Shown here: one piece after another, positions 38,132 to 46,995 of the stretch
How the letters are laid out: each line of letters opens with the position of its first letter
Position numbering within the stretch: the first letter of the stretch is position 1
Notes under the pieces: generated by a model
What the model was told of the DNA's origin: nothing
The model's database searches: none
The model's input: only the letters and a program-made list of their open reading frames with translations
DNA from: Armatimonadota bacterium
GTDB lineage: Bacteria; Armatimonadota; Zipacnadia; Zipacnadales; UBA5352
Length of the DNA: 64,000 nucleotides
Reading direction: 5' to 3'
NCBI GenBank assembly: GCA_034722055.1
Contig: JAYENL010000314.1
Coordinates: 1 to 64,000, forward strand
Program-made: the position numbers and the translations under genes

Positions 38132-38503
38132 TCAGGCCCTCTCGATGACCACCGTGGCCCCGGACGGGACCTGCTTGAGCGGCTCCAGGTCCCCGGTCAT
38201 CTTGCCGATGACCGTCACCCCGCTGGCGGGCCGGATCTCCTCCTCCGTGCTCTCCGGCGTCATGCCGAAGAACATGCAGAACGCTGAACCCGGTGGCCAG
38301 TAGGCCAGGTCGCCGAGATCCACGACCTGCTGCAGGTCCTCGCCGGGGCAGTCAACGTCGATGCTGAAGTAGATCTCCTCGCCCCAGGTCCCGGCCGTGC
38401 CCTCGATGGGCAGCGCCTCGGCGATCATCTGCGCGCAGTCGGTGTCATTCAGCTCCGCCTCGATCTCGACGTCCCCAGCCGTGATCGTGATGGGTGTGGG
38501 CAT
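38132..38503 (-). CDS. Cyclophilin-like fold protein (DUF369-type)
   Basis: ALPI, WGEEIYF, GDLAYWPPG.AFCMFFG.TP and RPAS.V motifs. Confidence 0.85.
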   Translation of the reverse strand: MPTPITITAGDVEIEAELNDTDCAQMIAEALPIEGTAGTWGEEIYFSIDVDCPGEDLQQVVDLGDLAYWPPGSAFCMFFGMTPESTEEEIRPASGVTVIGKMTGDLEPLKQVPSGATVVIERA

Positions 38504-38564
38504 GCGGTCGTCCTCCTCCTGTCCAACTGCGGATGGCAGGATGCTTTCGCTGCAATCGAGCGCC

Positions 38565-39410
38565 TCAGGCGAAGATGCGGAGGTAGTTGAGCCCCTTCAC
38601 GAAGCCCTCCTCGCGCCCCAGCGCCCTGTCCTCATGCTCGATGCTCAGCACGCCGTTGTAGCCGTTGTCGCGCAGCCGCGCGATGTACACGCCCCAGTCG
38701 ATGTCCCCGTAGCCGGGGATGCAGTAGCGCCACCAGCCGCGCCCCGCCTGGTTGCCCAGCCACGCCAGCTTGTGCTGCACGACCTCTGTGTCCTTGGCGT
38801 GGCTGTGGAAGATGCGGTCGGCGAAGGCCTCCATGGCGTGCAGGTAGTCGATCCCCTGCCAGTAGAGGTGTGAGGGGTCGAAGTTCAGGCCGAAGTTCTC
38901 GGCCGGCACGGTCTCGAATACCTGCTCCCAGTGACCCAGGTGCATGATGTTGGTGGCGAACCAGTTCTCCATCGCCAGCCGTACACCGCGGTCGGCCGCG
39001 ATAGGGCAGAACTCGTTGTAGAAGGGCCCCGCGATCTGCTCGATAGTCTCCTCCCTGGACATGCCCTCCGGCGGGCGGCCCGCCAGGCAGCCCACCACCT
39101 CGATCTCGTTGGCGGAGGCCATCTCGACCGCGCGGGAGAGCGCGTCCTGGTACTGCTGGCGCTGGCCCTCGTCGGCGTCGCTTATGTCGAGGTAGCAGGC
39201 CAGCATGCTGACCTCCAGGCCGGCGTCGCGAACGCGGCTGATGACGTCGGCGGCCTGGCCCTCATCGAAGTCCACGTTGAGGTGCTTGCAGCCGGGCCTG
39301 ACGTCGATCTCGAGGGCGTCGAAGCCGGCCTCGGTGGCGAACTTCACGATGGTGTCGATGGACTCGTTGCGGAACGGCGCGGTGAGCAGTCCTACCTGCA
39401 TCTCAGTCAT
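38565..39410 (-). CDS. Sugar phosphate isomerase/epimerase (AP_endonuc_2 TIM barrel)
   Basis: LAMENW, FGLNFDPSHL, HSHAKD, PGYGDIDW and SIEHED motifs. Confidence 0.88.
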   Translation of the reverse strand: MTEMQVGLLTAPFRNESIDTIVKFATEAGFDALEIDVRPGCKHLNVDFDEGQAADVISRVRDAGLEVSMLACYLDISDADEGQRQQYQDALSRAVEMASANEIEVVGCLAGRPPEGMSREETIEQIAGPFYNEFCPIAADRGVRLAMENWFATNIMHLGHWEQVFETVPAENFGLNFDPSHLYWQGIDYLHAMEAFADRIFHSHAKDTEVVQHKLAWLGNQAGRGWWRYCIPGYGDIDWGVYIARLRDNGYNGVLSIEHEDRALGREEGFVKGLNYLRIFA

Positions 39411-40575
39411 CTCCTGTGGAGTGCGGCTGGGCGGCCCCGCGTGCGGCCAGGAAGCACCGGACCATCTGCTGGGCCGTGAATGCGATCATCTCTGTGGCGA
39501 CTTCGGGCCGCATGGCCTCGCTCAGCGCCATGGGCCTGTTGAGGATACACGCCAGGGCCTCGAAGCCCCGCTCATGGAGGCTGACGGCGTCCAGGGCGAC
39601 CCCGCCGCCGATGGCGATGACCGGCGCCCCCTCGCGCTCGGCCACGGAGGTGACGCCCGCGGGAGTCTTGCCGAAGGCCGTCTGGCTGTCGATGGCCCCC
39701 TCCCCGGTGATGCACAGGTCGGCGCCGCGCATCCGTCCCGGCAGGTCCACGGCGTCGATGACGATCTCCACGCCCGGCTCCAGCGTGGCTCCGCAGAACG
39801 CCACCAGCCCCGCGCCGAGGCCGCCGGCCGCACCGGCACCCGGGATGTCCCGCACATCCAGGCCCAGGTCGCGCTGCACCACGTCCGCGAACAGTCGCAG
39901 ATTCTCGTCGAGCAGCTCGACGTCCTCGAGCGAGGCGCCCTTCTGGGGGCTATAGACGTGAGCCGCGCCGCGCTCCCCGTAGAGAGGGTTGTCCACGTCG
40001 CAGGCCACGCGCACCTCGGTCTCATTCAGGCGGGGGTCGGCGCCGGCCATCTCGATGGCGGCCAGCCGGCCCAGCTCCGCGCCGCCGAAGCCGATCTCCT
40101 CGCCGTCCTCGTCCAGCAGCCGCACCCCCAGAGCCTGGGCCATGCCGGCGCCGGCGTCGGTGGTGGCGCTCCCGCCGATGCCCACGATGAGCTTGCGGCG
40201 GCCCCGGTCGAGGGCAGCGCGCATCAGCTCGCCGGTCCCGTAGGTGGTGGTCGTGAGGGGATCGCGCCGGTCCTGGGGCACCAGCGGGAGGCCGGAGGCG
40301 GCGGCCATCTCGATGACCGCCGTCTCCCCGTCGCCCAGCAGCCCGTAGGTGGCCTCCACCGGCTCGCCCAGCGGGCCGGTGACACGCTCGGTGATGAGCT
40401 GGCCGTCGGTGGCATCGACCAGCGACTGCACGGTTCCCTCACCGCCGTCGGCCATGGGCACCTGTACCAGCTCGAACTCATCGTCGATGGCCGAGATCCC
40501 CTCGGCGGCGGCCTGGCAGACCTCCAGGGCGGTGAGGCAGCCCTTGAAGGAGTCCGGCGCGATGACGATCCTCAA
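39403..40575 (-). CDS. glxK: Glycerate kinase (GlxK/GarK family)
   Basis: IAPDSFKG, PMADGGEGT, EMAAASGL, GIGGSAT, DVDNPL.G, PQKGA, GAGAAGGLG and TGEG motifs; TTG start. Confidence 0.93.
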   Translation of the reverse strand: MRIVIAPDSFKGCLTALEVCQAAAEGISAIDDEFELVQVPMADGGEGTVQSLVDATDGQLITERVTGPLGEPVEATYGLLGDGETAVIEMAAASGLPLVPQDRRDPLTTTTYGTGELMRAALDRGRRKLIVGIGGSATTDAGAGMAQALGVRLLDEDGEEIGFGGAELGRLAAIEMAGADPRLNETEVRVACDVDNPLYGERGAAHVYSPQKGASLEDVELLDENLRLFADVVQRDLGLDVRDIPGAGAAGGLGAGLVAFCGATLEPGVEIVIDAVDLPGRMRGADLCITGEGAIDSQTAFGKTPAGVTSVAEREGAPVIAIGGGVALDAVSLHERGFEALACILNRPMALSEAMRPEVATEMIAFTAQQMVRCFLAARGAAQPHSTGDD

Positions 40576-40646
40576 ACTCTACGCACTCCCTACAGGGCGG
40601 CCGCAGCCGCACCCGCGGCTGGCGCGGAACCGGACACTCCCGCCGC

Positions 40647-41594
40647 CTACAGCATCGACCAGGCTGCATGGAAGGCGCGCTTGGTGCCAGCGACAACCAG
40701 ATCCGGGTCCTCGTCGGCGATGGTGGAGACCTCGAAGGTCACCACCGGCTTGTCGGTGGGCAGATCGTCCCTGTCGAAGTAGCCCACATAGATCAGCGTC
40801 TCCAGGAAGCGTGCCAGCTCCGGAACGTCGTTCTCGCTGCCCGGATAGCCGAAGCCGGGGTGCTTGTCCCCGTAGCCCTCCATGGACTCGTCGGCCATGA
40901 TGGCGTTGCCCACGTGCACGTGGATGAGGTGGTCGATGGTGGGACTGAGCATCTCCTGCGGCGTCTCGCCCAGCAGCGGCATGTGCGACAGGTCCTGAGT
41001 CAGGCCGAAGTTGTCCACCTGCTCCTTGACCCGCTCGGCCAGCTCCGCCGCTCGCTCGCTGGGACCGATGAGGCACTTCTTGTCGATGGTGTCGTCGAAC
41101 TGCTCCAGTGACAGCCACACCGGCTGGCCGTCGCCGGCCTTGCTGGTGGAGTACTCGCACAGCTCGACGCACGAGTCCACGAGCGCGGACATGGCGTCCT
41201 CGCGCCTGCTGTCCTCAACGTCCGGACCGCTGAGGAAGGCGCAGATGCGGCAGTCGAGCTCGTAGGCGGCGTCGATGGACTTCTTCACGTCGTCCACGGC
41301 CCTCTGCCGCTCTGCGTCGTCCAGAGAGTTCACGTCCAGCCCGCCCAGCAGCAGCGGCGGCTGGGCGCCCAGTCCGAGGCTGAGGTGAGCGGTCGTCGCC
41401 ATCTGCTTCAGCCCGTCCATGACTTCCTGGTGCTGGCTGCGGCGCACCTCCAACACATCGAAGAAGTCGTCCTCAGCGATCCTCTGCGCCGTCTCCAGGA
41501 TCATCTGAGGATCGTCGTCTTGGATGATGGGGTAGGCCATGAAGTGCACTATGCCCAGATCCATCATGTCCCGCCAGTGCCTGTCCGCGTACAT
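40647..41594 (-). CDS. Sugar phosphate isomerase/epimerase family protein
   Basis: GIVHFMAYP, LEQFD, DLSHMPL, HVHVGN, GDKHP and VTFEV TIM-barrel metal ligands; GGGAGGAG RBS. Confidence 0.82.
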   Translation of the reverse strand: MYADRHWRDMMDLGIVHFMAYPIIQDDDPQMILETAQRIAEDDFFDVLEVRRSQHQEVMDGLKQMATTAHLSLGLGAQPPLLLGGLDVNSLDDAERQRAVDDVKKSIDAAYELDCRICAFLSGPDVEDSRREDAMSALVDSCVELCEYSTSKAGDGQPVWLSLEQFDDTIDKKCLIGPSERAAELAERVKEQVDNFGLTQDLSHMPLLGETPQEMLSPTIDHLIHVHVGNAIMADESMEGYGDKHPGFGYPGSENDVPELARFLETLIYVGYFDRDDLPTDKPVVTFEVSTIADEDPDLVVAGTKRAFHAAWSML

Positions 41595-41849
41595 GTTGGC
41601 TCCTCCCGTCGAGCCGCCTCCAGGGCGGCCAGAACTCGTACTGTGGCAGTAGCACACGTCCCGGCGCGGAGGCCGACACGTGCTCTGCGCATGCTTTCCG
41701 TAGACTATACTTCCCGCCCCGAGAGAGGGATTCCTTCAGTGCGGCACATTTGGCTCGCAAACCGGCGGGGCTCGATGTCCGCGGGGCCGGCTTGGCGCGC
41801 CTGGCAGCCCTCCTCAGGAGAGCTACTCCGGCGGCGTGTGCCGGGCCGT

Positions 41850-42453
41850 TTGGAGGGGCGCGACTACGCCCGCGCCCGGTCGTCGTGCCGTATGGAGGGG
41901 CCGGACCACTGTCCGGCCCGGCCTTCTCTCTGGCTCTGGATTACCCACAACTTCCGGAGGAAGGCCTGCGATGGAGTTGAGCAAGAGCTCAACCGTGTCG
42001 TCGTTCGGAGAGGCCGCCCGAACGGAGCGAGGGTGCCGCCCGGCCTGCCCGTTAGGTAGTCGAGGCCCCCCGCCTTCACGCCGTTCAGGCCTCTCCAGAG
42101 AGAGGTGTCCTGGGCCGGGGTGGAACCTTCGGCCTGTTCGCTGCGCTCACTGGCCTCACCGGGCGCTACGCGCCCGGCGGCCCCTCCATCACGGCAACCG
42201 GCTTTGCCGCGCAGCGTGGGCACGGGCCCTCCACGAGCGCGGCAGATGTGGGTAATGCATAGCTCTCTCTGGAGGGCCCGCGCCCCAGCGAAGGTGTTCC
42301 ATCCTGGCAGGCCGGCGGCCCCCTGGCCCACTGCATCTTCGGGAAGCCGGCGCCCCCGCCGGCCCACTCCATCCTTGGGAAGCCGGCGCCCCGGCCGGCC
42401 CACTCCATGTTTGGGAAGCCGGCGCCCCCGCCGGCTTGTGGCGCACAGCGCCA
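41850..42453. repeat. REP-rich region including a 36-nt tandem REP array
   Basis: TGGAGGGG REPs at 41851 and 41893; a copy of the 12122-12218 half-element at 42111-42188; GGGAAGCCGGCGCCC at 42341, 42377 and 42413. Confidence 0.85.
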
Positions 42454-42562
42454 CTGTGGTGATGGCGGGCAGGTGATGCCGAAGCGGCGGGGAATAGCGG
42501 TACGGCCTCCATCTGCGGTCCCGTCGCCGACCGAGGCGGGGCTGGCATGGGAGGGAGCGACC

Positions 42563-43870
42563 GTGAGGCGGACTGCAGTGGCCATCGCAGCGGCACTGAT
42601 GCTCATCCCGGCGGCGCGTGCGCAGGAGGCGGGCGAACAGCCCGACCAGCCTGCCGAGCGGATTCTGGCTACCGTTGACGGCGAGGAGATCACCGACCGC
42701 GAGCTGTGGTGGTACATGGAGCAGACCGCGGGCGGGAAGCTTCTCGACGAGCTCATCCTGCGCCACCTGCTGGCCGCCGAGGCAGAGGGGCAGGGCGTGA
42801 AGGTGGGCACTCCGGAGGTGGATGAGGCTGTCGCCGCGCTGAGGGCCGAGCACGGCTCCGAGGATACCTTCGAGGCCTGGCTGCGCGAGACGGGGCAGAC
42901 CATGAAGGGCCTGCGCATGCAACTGCAGCAGGAGCTGCTCATCGACAAGCTCCTGGAGCAGCGCATGGGGCTGACTGAGGAGGGCATCCGGGAGTATTAC
43001 GAGGCCCATCGGGAGGAGTTCACCGAGCCATCGCGGGTGCATCTGATGGACATCGTGACCCTGTCGCTGGTGGAGGCCTTTGAGGCCCGGGAGCGACTGG
43101 CCGCGGGCGAGCAGTTCGCCGCGGTGGCGCGGGAGATGTCACACGATCCCACCGCCGAGCAGGGCGGGGACCGCGGCTGGATCACGCCCGACGACGTCCT
43201 CAATGAGCACGTGGCGGACGTGGTCTTCGCCATGGCTGAGGGGGAGATCTCCGACCCAGTGGACTGCGAGGACCACTGGCACGTGTTCTGGGTGAAGGAG
43301 GTCGAACGAGGCCGGGCTCTGTCCCTGGAGGAGGCTCGGCCACAGGTGGAGGAGCGCATCATTAAGCTGCGAGGCATCTCCCGGGAGCTGTTTCTGACGC
43401 TGCTGCGCCGGCGGGCGGAGATCGACGTGCGGTGGGAGGCGCACGACTACCTGAAGCAGGTCTACGCCGACCTGCGTATGATCAAGGTCGTTGTTGACGG
43501 CCAGCGCCTGGAGCTGCCGACGGCGCCGGTGATGGTGGCGGGGTCACGCCTGCTCGTCCCGGCCAAGGACCTGCTGGAGGCTCTGGGCGCCGAGGTGAGC
43601 TGGAACGCGGAGGCCGGGGTCCTGGAGGCAACCAGAGACGGCACGAGGGTCACGCTGGTGAGGGGCCTGCCGGTGATGGGCGTCGGCGACGAGGAGATCG
43701 AGATGAAGGAGCCGCCGCAGATCCGCGAGGGGGTGCTGATGATCGCGCCGCGGGCGCCGGTGCAGGCGCTGGGGGGCAGCCTCCTGTGGAACCGGACGGA
43801 GAACACGTTGTATGTAGAGTCCCACCCCGAGGCGGAACAGGCCCCGGAGGGCGCCGAGACTGCCGGGTAG
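42563..43870 (+). CDS. PrsA/SurA-like foldase (PpiC) fused to a stalk (copper amine oxidase N-terminal) domain
   Basis: Signal peptide; LATVDGEEIT; FAAVAREMSHD..GGDRGW; C-terminal LLVP.KDLLEALGAEVSWN and PVQALGGSLLWN. Confidence 0.85.
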   Translation: MRRTAVAIAAALMLIPAARAQEAGEQPDQPAERILATVDGEEITDRELWWYMEQTAGGKLLDELILRHLLAAEAEGQGVKVGTPEVDEAVAALRAEHGSEDTFEAWLRETGQTMKGLRMQLQQELLIDKLLEQRMGLTEEGIREYYEAHREEFTEPSRVHLMDIVTLSLVEAFEARERLAAGEQFAAVAREMSHDPTAEQGGDRGWITPDDVLNEHVADVVFAMAEGEISDPVDCEDHWHVFWVKEVERGRALSLEEARPQVEERIIKLRGISRELFLTLLRRRAEIDVRWEAHDYLKQVYADLRMIKVVVDGQRLELPTAPVMVAGSRLLVPAKDLLEALGAEVSWNAEAGVLEATRDGTRVTLVRGLPVMGVGDEEIEMKEPPQIREGVLMIAPRAPVQALGGSLLWNRTENTLYVESHPEAEQAPEGAETAG

Positions 43871-43899
43871 GTGTGCGCGAAGAGCTCACCACGCTGTGA

Positions 43900-45423
43900 A
43901 TGACGGGGTGGCCGCCCTTGCGGCGGCTGCCCCCTCTGTTTCGACGTGCGGGCCGACAGGCGAGGAGAGCAGTGCCCCAGAGGAGCCAGCCCGAGAGCGA
44001 GGTCCCGGTTCTGCGCATCCTCCACGAGCGCCCGGAGGAGTGCGCTTTCCAGACCCTCACCAGGGGGCAGAGAGTGGCCGGTCTGGGCCTGCTGGCCGCG
44101 CTGGTGGGGGCCCTCATCCTCCGGCCGCTGCCCACGCTGATCGCGGTCAACGGGGCGCTGATCGTCTTCTACGTGGTGCACTCGGCCTACAAGTTCTACC
44201 TGGTGTGGGCGTCGCTGGAGCGGCCGGTGCTGCTGTCGGCGACCGAGGACGAGATGCGCCAGGTCGATGACGCGTCTCTGCCCACCTACACCGTGCTCAT
44301 CCCCCTGTATCGGGAGGCGGCGGTGCTGGGGCGGCTGGTGGAGGGCCTGCAGCGGCTGGACTACCCGCCCGAGAAGCTGGACGTGATGCTGCTGCTGGAG
44401 GAGGACGACGCGCAGACCATCGCGGCGGCCCAGCGGATGGACCTGCCGGCGCACATCCGCCCGGTCATCGTCCCCGACAGCCGGCCTAAGACCAAGCCCA
44501 AGGCCTGCAACTGGGGCCTGTTCACCTGTGATTCGGACCTCCTGGTCATCTTCGACGCCGAGGATAGACCTGAGCCCGATCAGCTCAGGAAGGCCGCTAT
44601 CGCCTTCCGGAAGATCCCGGACAACGTGGTCTGCCTGCAGGCGCGGCTGAACTACTACAACCAGCGCCAGAACCTGCTCACGCGGTGGTTCACAGCGGAG
44701 TACTCCGTATGGTTCGATCTCTTCCTGCCGGGGCTGACGGCCACCGGCGCGCCGATTCCGCTGGGCGGCACCAGCAATCACTTCCGGGTGGAGCCGCTCA
44801 AGGAGCTGGGCGGCTGGGACCCCTTCAACGTGACGGAGGACTGCGACCTGGGCGTGCGGCTGCACAAGCACGGCTGGAGCACGGCCATGCTGGCCTCCAC
44901 CACGTGGGAGGAGGCCAACGGGGCATTCTTCTCGTGGTTCCGCCAGCGCTCCCGGTGGGTGAAGGGCTACCTGCAGACCTGGCTGGTGCATATGCGCCGG
45001 CCGGTGAGGCTGGTCGGGGAGCTGGGCCCGGGGGGCTGGTTCTCGTTCCAGATGACCATCGGCGGCACGCTGCTGTGCTTTTTGATCAACCCCATCTACT
45101 GGCTGATGACGCTGGTCTGGCTGCTCACGCAGGCCACCGCCATAGCGGCGCTGTTCCCGGCCGGCATCTACCTGCTGGGCAGCTTCTGTCTCTTCGGCGC
45201 CAACTTCGTCTTCGTCTACATGGCGGTGGCCGGCTGCATGCACCGCGGCTACTGGGACCTGGTGAAGTACGCCGTGCTGACGCCCATCTACTGGCTGATG
45301 ATGAGCATCGGGGCCTACAAGGCCATCGCCCAGATCGCGGTGCGCCCGCACTACTGGGAGAAGACCGATCACGGCATCTTCGACCTGGAGGGCGCGGTCA
45401 GCGACGCCGGTGAAACGCCGTGA
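43900..45423 (+). CDS. Processive GT2 glycosyltransferase (polysaccharide synthase-like)
   Basis: PLYRE, TKPKACN, IFDAED, LGGTSNHF, VTEDCDLG and QRSRW motifs; multiple TMs; WEKTDHG. Confidence 0.9.
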   Translation: MTGWPPLRRLPPLFRRAGRQARRAVPQRSQPESEVPVLRILHERPEECAFQTLTRGQRVAGLGLLAALVGALILRPLPTLIAVNGALIVFYVVHSAYKFYLVWASLERPVLLSATEDEMRQVDDASLPTYTVLIPLYREAAVLGRLVEGLQRLDYPPEKLDVMLLLEEDDAQTIAAAQRMDLPAHIRPVIVPDSRPKTKPKACNWGLFTCDSDLLVIFDAEDRPEPDQLRKAAIAFRKIPDNVVCLQARLNYYNQRQNLLTRWFTAEYSVWFDLFLPGLTATGAPIPLGGTSNHFRVEPLKELGGWDPFNVTEDCDLGVRLHKHGWSTAMLASTTWEEANGAFFSWFRQRSRWVKGYLQTWLVHMRRPVRLVGELGPGGWFSFQMTIGGTLLCFLINPIYWLMTLVWLLTQATAIAALFPAGIYLLGSFCLFGANFVFVYMAVAGCMHRGYWDLVKYAVLTPIYWLMMSIGAYKAIAQIAVRPHYWEKTDHGIFDLEGAVSDAGETP

Positions 45424-46940
45424 GCCCGCGTGCGGGTCGCGCTGAGGTCTGGGTGGTCTTCGGCCTGGTGACGCTGCTGACGCTGGGCATCGGCCTGCGA
45501 GGGCGGCTTGCCGAGCAGCGGGTCAACTGGGATGGGCTGGCGGCGGTGGCGCACGCCAATGACGTCTTCCGAGCTGAGCGGGGGGCGAACCTGGCGATGA
45601 TCGGCTTCGTGCAGCCGCCGCTGCCGGCGCTGCTGCAGCTTCCCGTGGTGCTCCTCGTGCCGTCCCTGGCGACCGGCGGGATGGCGGCGAACCTGCTGGG
45701 GGCGGTGGTGGCCGGGGTGGCGGCGGCGCTGCTGCTGGGCATGTGCGTGGAGGTGGGGCTGCCGGCGGCCTGGCGCTGGCCGCTGGTGGCGCTGTTCGCC
45801 CTGCACCCGATGATCCTGGGACCGGCCGCCTGCGGAGCGCCCATGGCGCTGCTGACGGCGCTGTTGCTGGGCGCGGCCTGGGCCCTGCTGCGGTGGTCGC
45901 AGGCGGAGGGCCTGCGGGAGCTGATCACCGCCAGCGTGCTGCTGGCCGCGGCCCTGATCACCCGCTACGAGGCGGTCTTCATCGTAGCGGGCGCGCTGAT
46001 CTACCTGGCGTGGCGCACGCTGCGCGGCGACGGCTCGTGGAGCAAGCTGGAGGGCACGCTGATCACCTTCGGCCTGCCCATCGCCTACGTCGCCGGCGTG
46101 TGGGTCATCGCCAACTGGGCCATCATGGGCGATCCCTGGCACTTTTTGCGGGAGACATTCGCCTCCCGGGGCCGCGCGGACGCCGCGGAGATGCTCTCGT
46201 TGTCCCTGCGCCTGACCATGGTGTGGTTTTTCCCCGCCCTGGCCCTCGTGTATAATCAGATGCGAGGTGTGGGCAGGCGGCCGGCGGCGGCCCGACCGGT
46301 GGCATGGCTGGTGCTGGCCGCGGTCGTGGCCCCCGCGCTCTTCCCGGGTGTCTTCGCCTCGTTAGGGCCGGCCGGGGACTGGAGCCGCCTGGCGACGGTC
46401 CTGTCTATGGTCCTGGCCGGGGGCTACGCCATGGTAGCGGTGCTGGCGGGTGAGCGCGTCCGTGGCGAGGCGAACGGCGGCCCCATGCACGGCACGGTGG
46501 TCATCGCCGCCGCGAGTCTGGGCGTGGCGCTGTGGCTGGTTGGCTCGGAGGGCCTCCTGGCGAGCGCCGGGGCGCCCTATCTGGGCGGCGGCCTGCTGAC
46601 GGACTCCGCCCGCGCGGAGCTCTCCGCGGCCGAGCTGCTCCGCGACACGGAGCTGCCCGCAGGCCGGAGGCACATGATCGTGGGCTGGCCGGGATTCGCG
46701 GTGGTGCTCTTCTCGGGTCGAACCGGGGAGATGGCCGTGCTCCGGACGGAGGACCTGCCTGACCACTGGGAGGACCTGTGGATCGGCAGCCGGATCGTGC
46801 TGCTGGTGGGCGAGGAGCATGGCGGGGTGCCGGCCACAGTGGTGCAGGACGACCTGGGGCTGGGGCCGCGCCTGCACCTGGACCCGAAGTGGGGGGCCGG
46901 GCCCTGGGAGTGCTACGCGGTCGGCAGCGGCTCGGACTGA
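45420..46940 (+). CDS. Polytopic membrane protein, GT-C/PMT-like glycosyltransferase family
   Basis: IGFVQPPLPALL, LITRYEA and NWAIMGDP motifs; many TMs; overlaps the GT2 stop (GTGA). Confidence 0.65.
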   Translation: MSPRAGRAEVWVVFGLVTLLTLGIGLRGRLAEQRVNWDGLAAVAHANDVFRAERGANLAMIGFVQPPLPALLQLPVVLLVPSLATGGMAANLLGAVVAGVAAALLLGMCVEVGLPAAWRWPLVALFALHPMILGPAACGAPMALLTALLLGAAWALLRWSQAEGLRELITASVLLAAALITRYEAVFIVAGALIYLAWRTLRGDGSWSKLEGTLITFGLPIAYVAGVWVIANWAIMGDPWHFLRETFASRGRADAAEMLSLSLRLTMVWFFPALALVYNQMRGVGRRPAAARPVAWLVLAAVVAPALFPGVFASLGPAGDWSRLATVLSMVLAGGYAMVAVLAGERVRGEANGGPMHGTVVIAAASLGVALWLVGSEGLLASAGAPYLGGGLLTDSARAELSAAELLRDTELPAGRRHMIVGWPGFAVVLFSGRTGEMAVLRTEDLPDHWEDLWIGSRIVLLVGEEHGGVPATVVQDDLGLGPRLHLDPKWGAGPWECYAVGSGSD

Positions 46941-46995
46941 TGTCGTGACAGCAATATCGACGGGCTTGCGGGGCGCCTCACATCAGGAGGACGCC

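Noticed and set aside
42306..42453. 36-nt periodic array resembling CRISPR (also the 33-nt and 42-nt arrays)
   Set aside because: The inter-repeat sequence is itself repeated, there are no unique 30-40 nt spacers and no cas genes; these are REP or tandem repeats.
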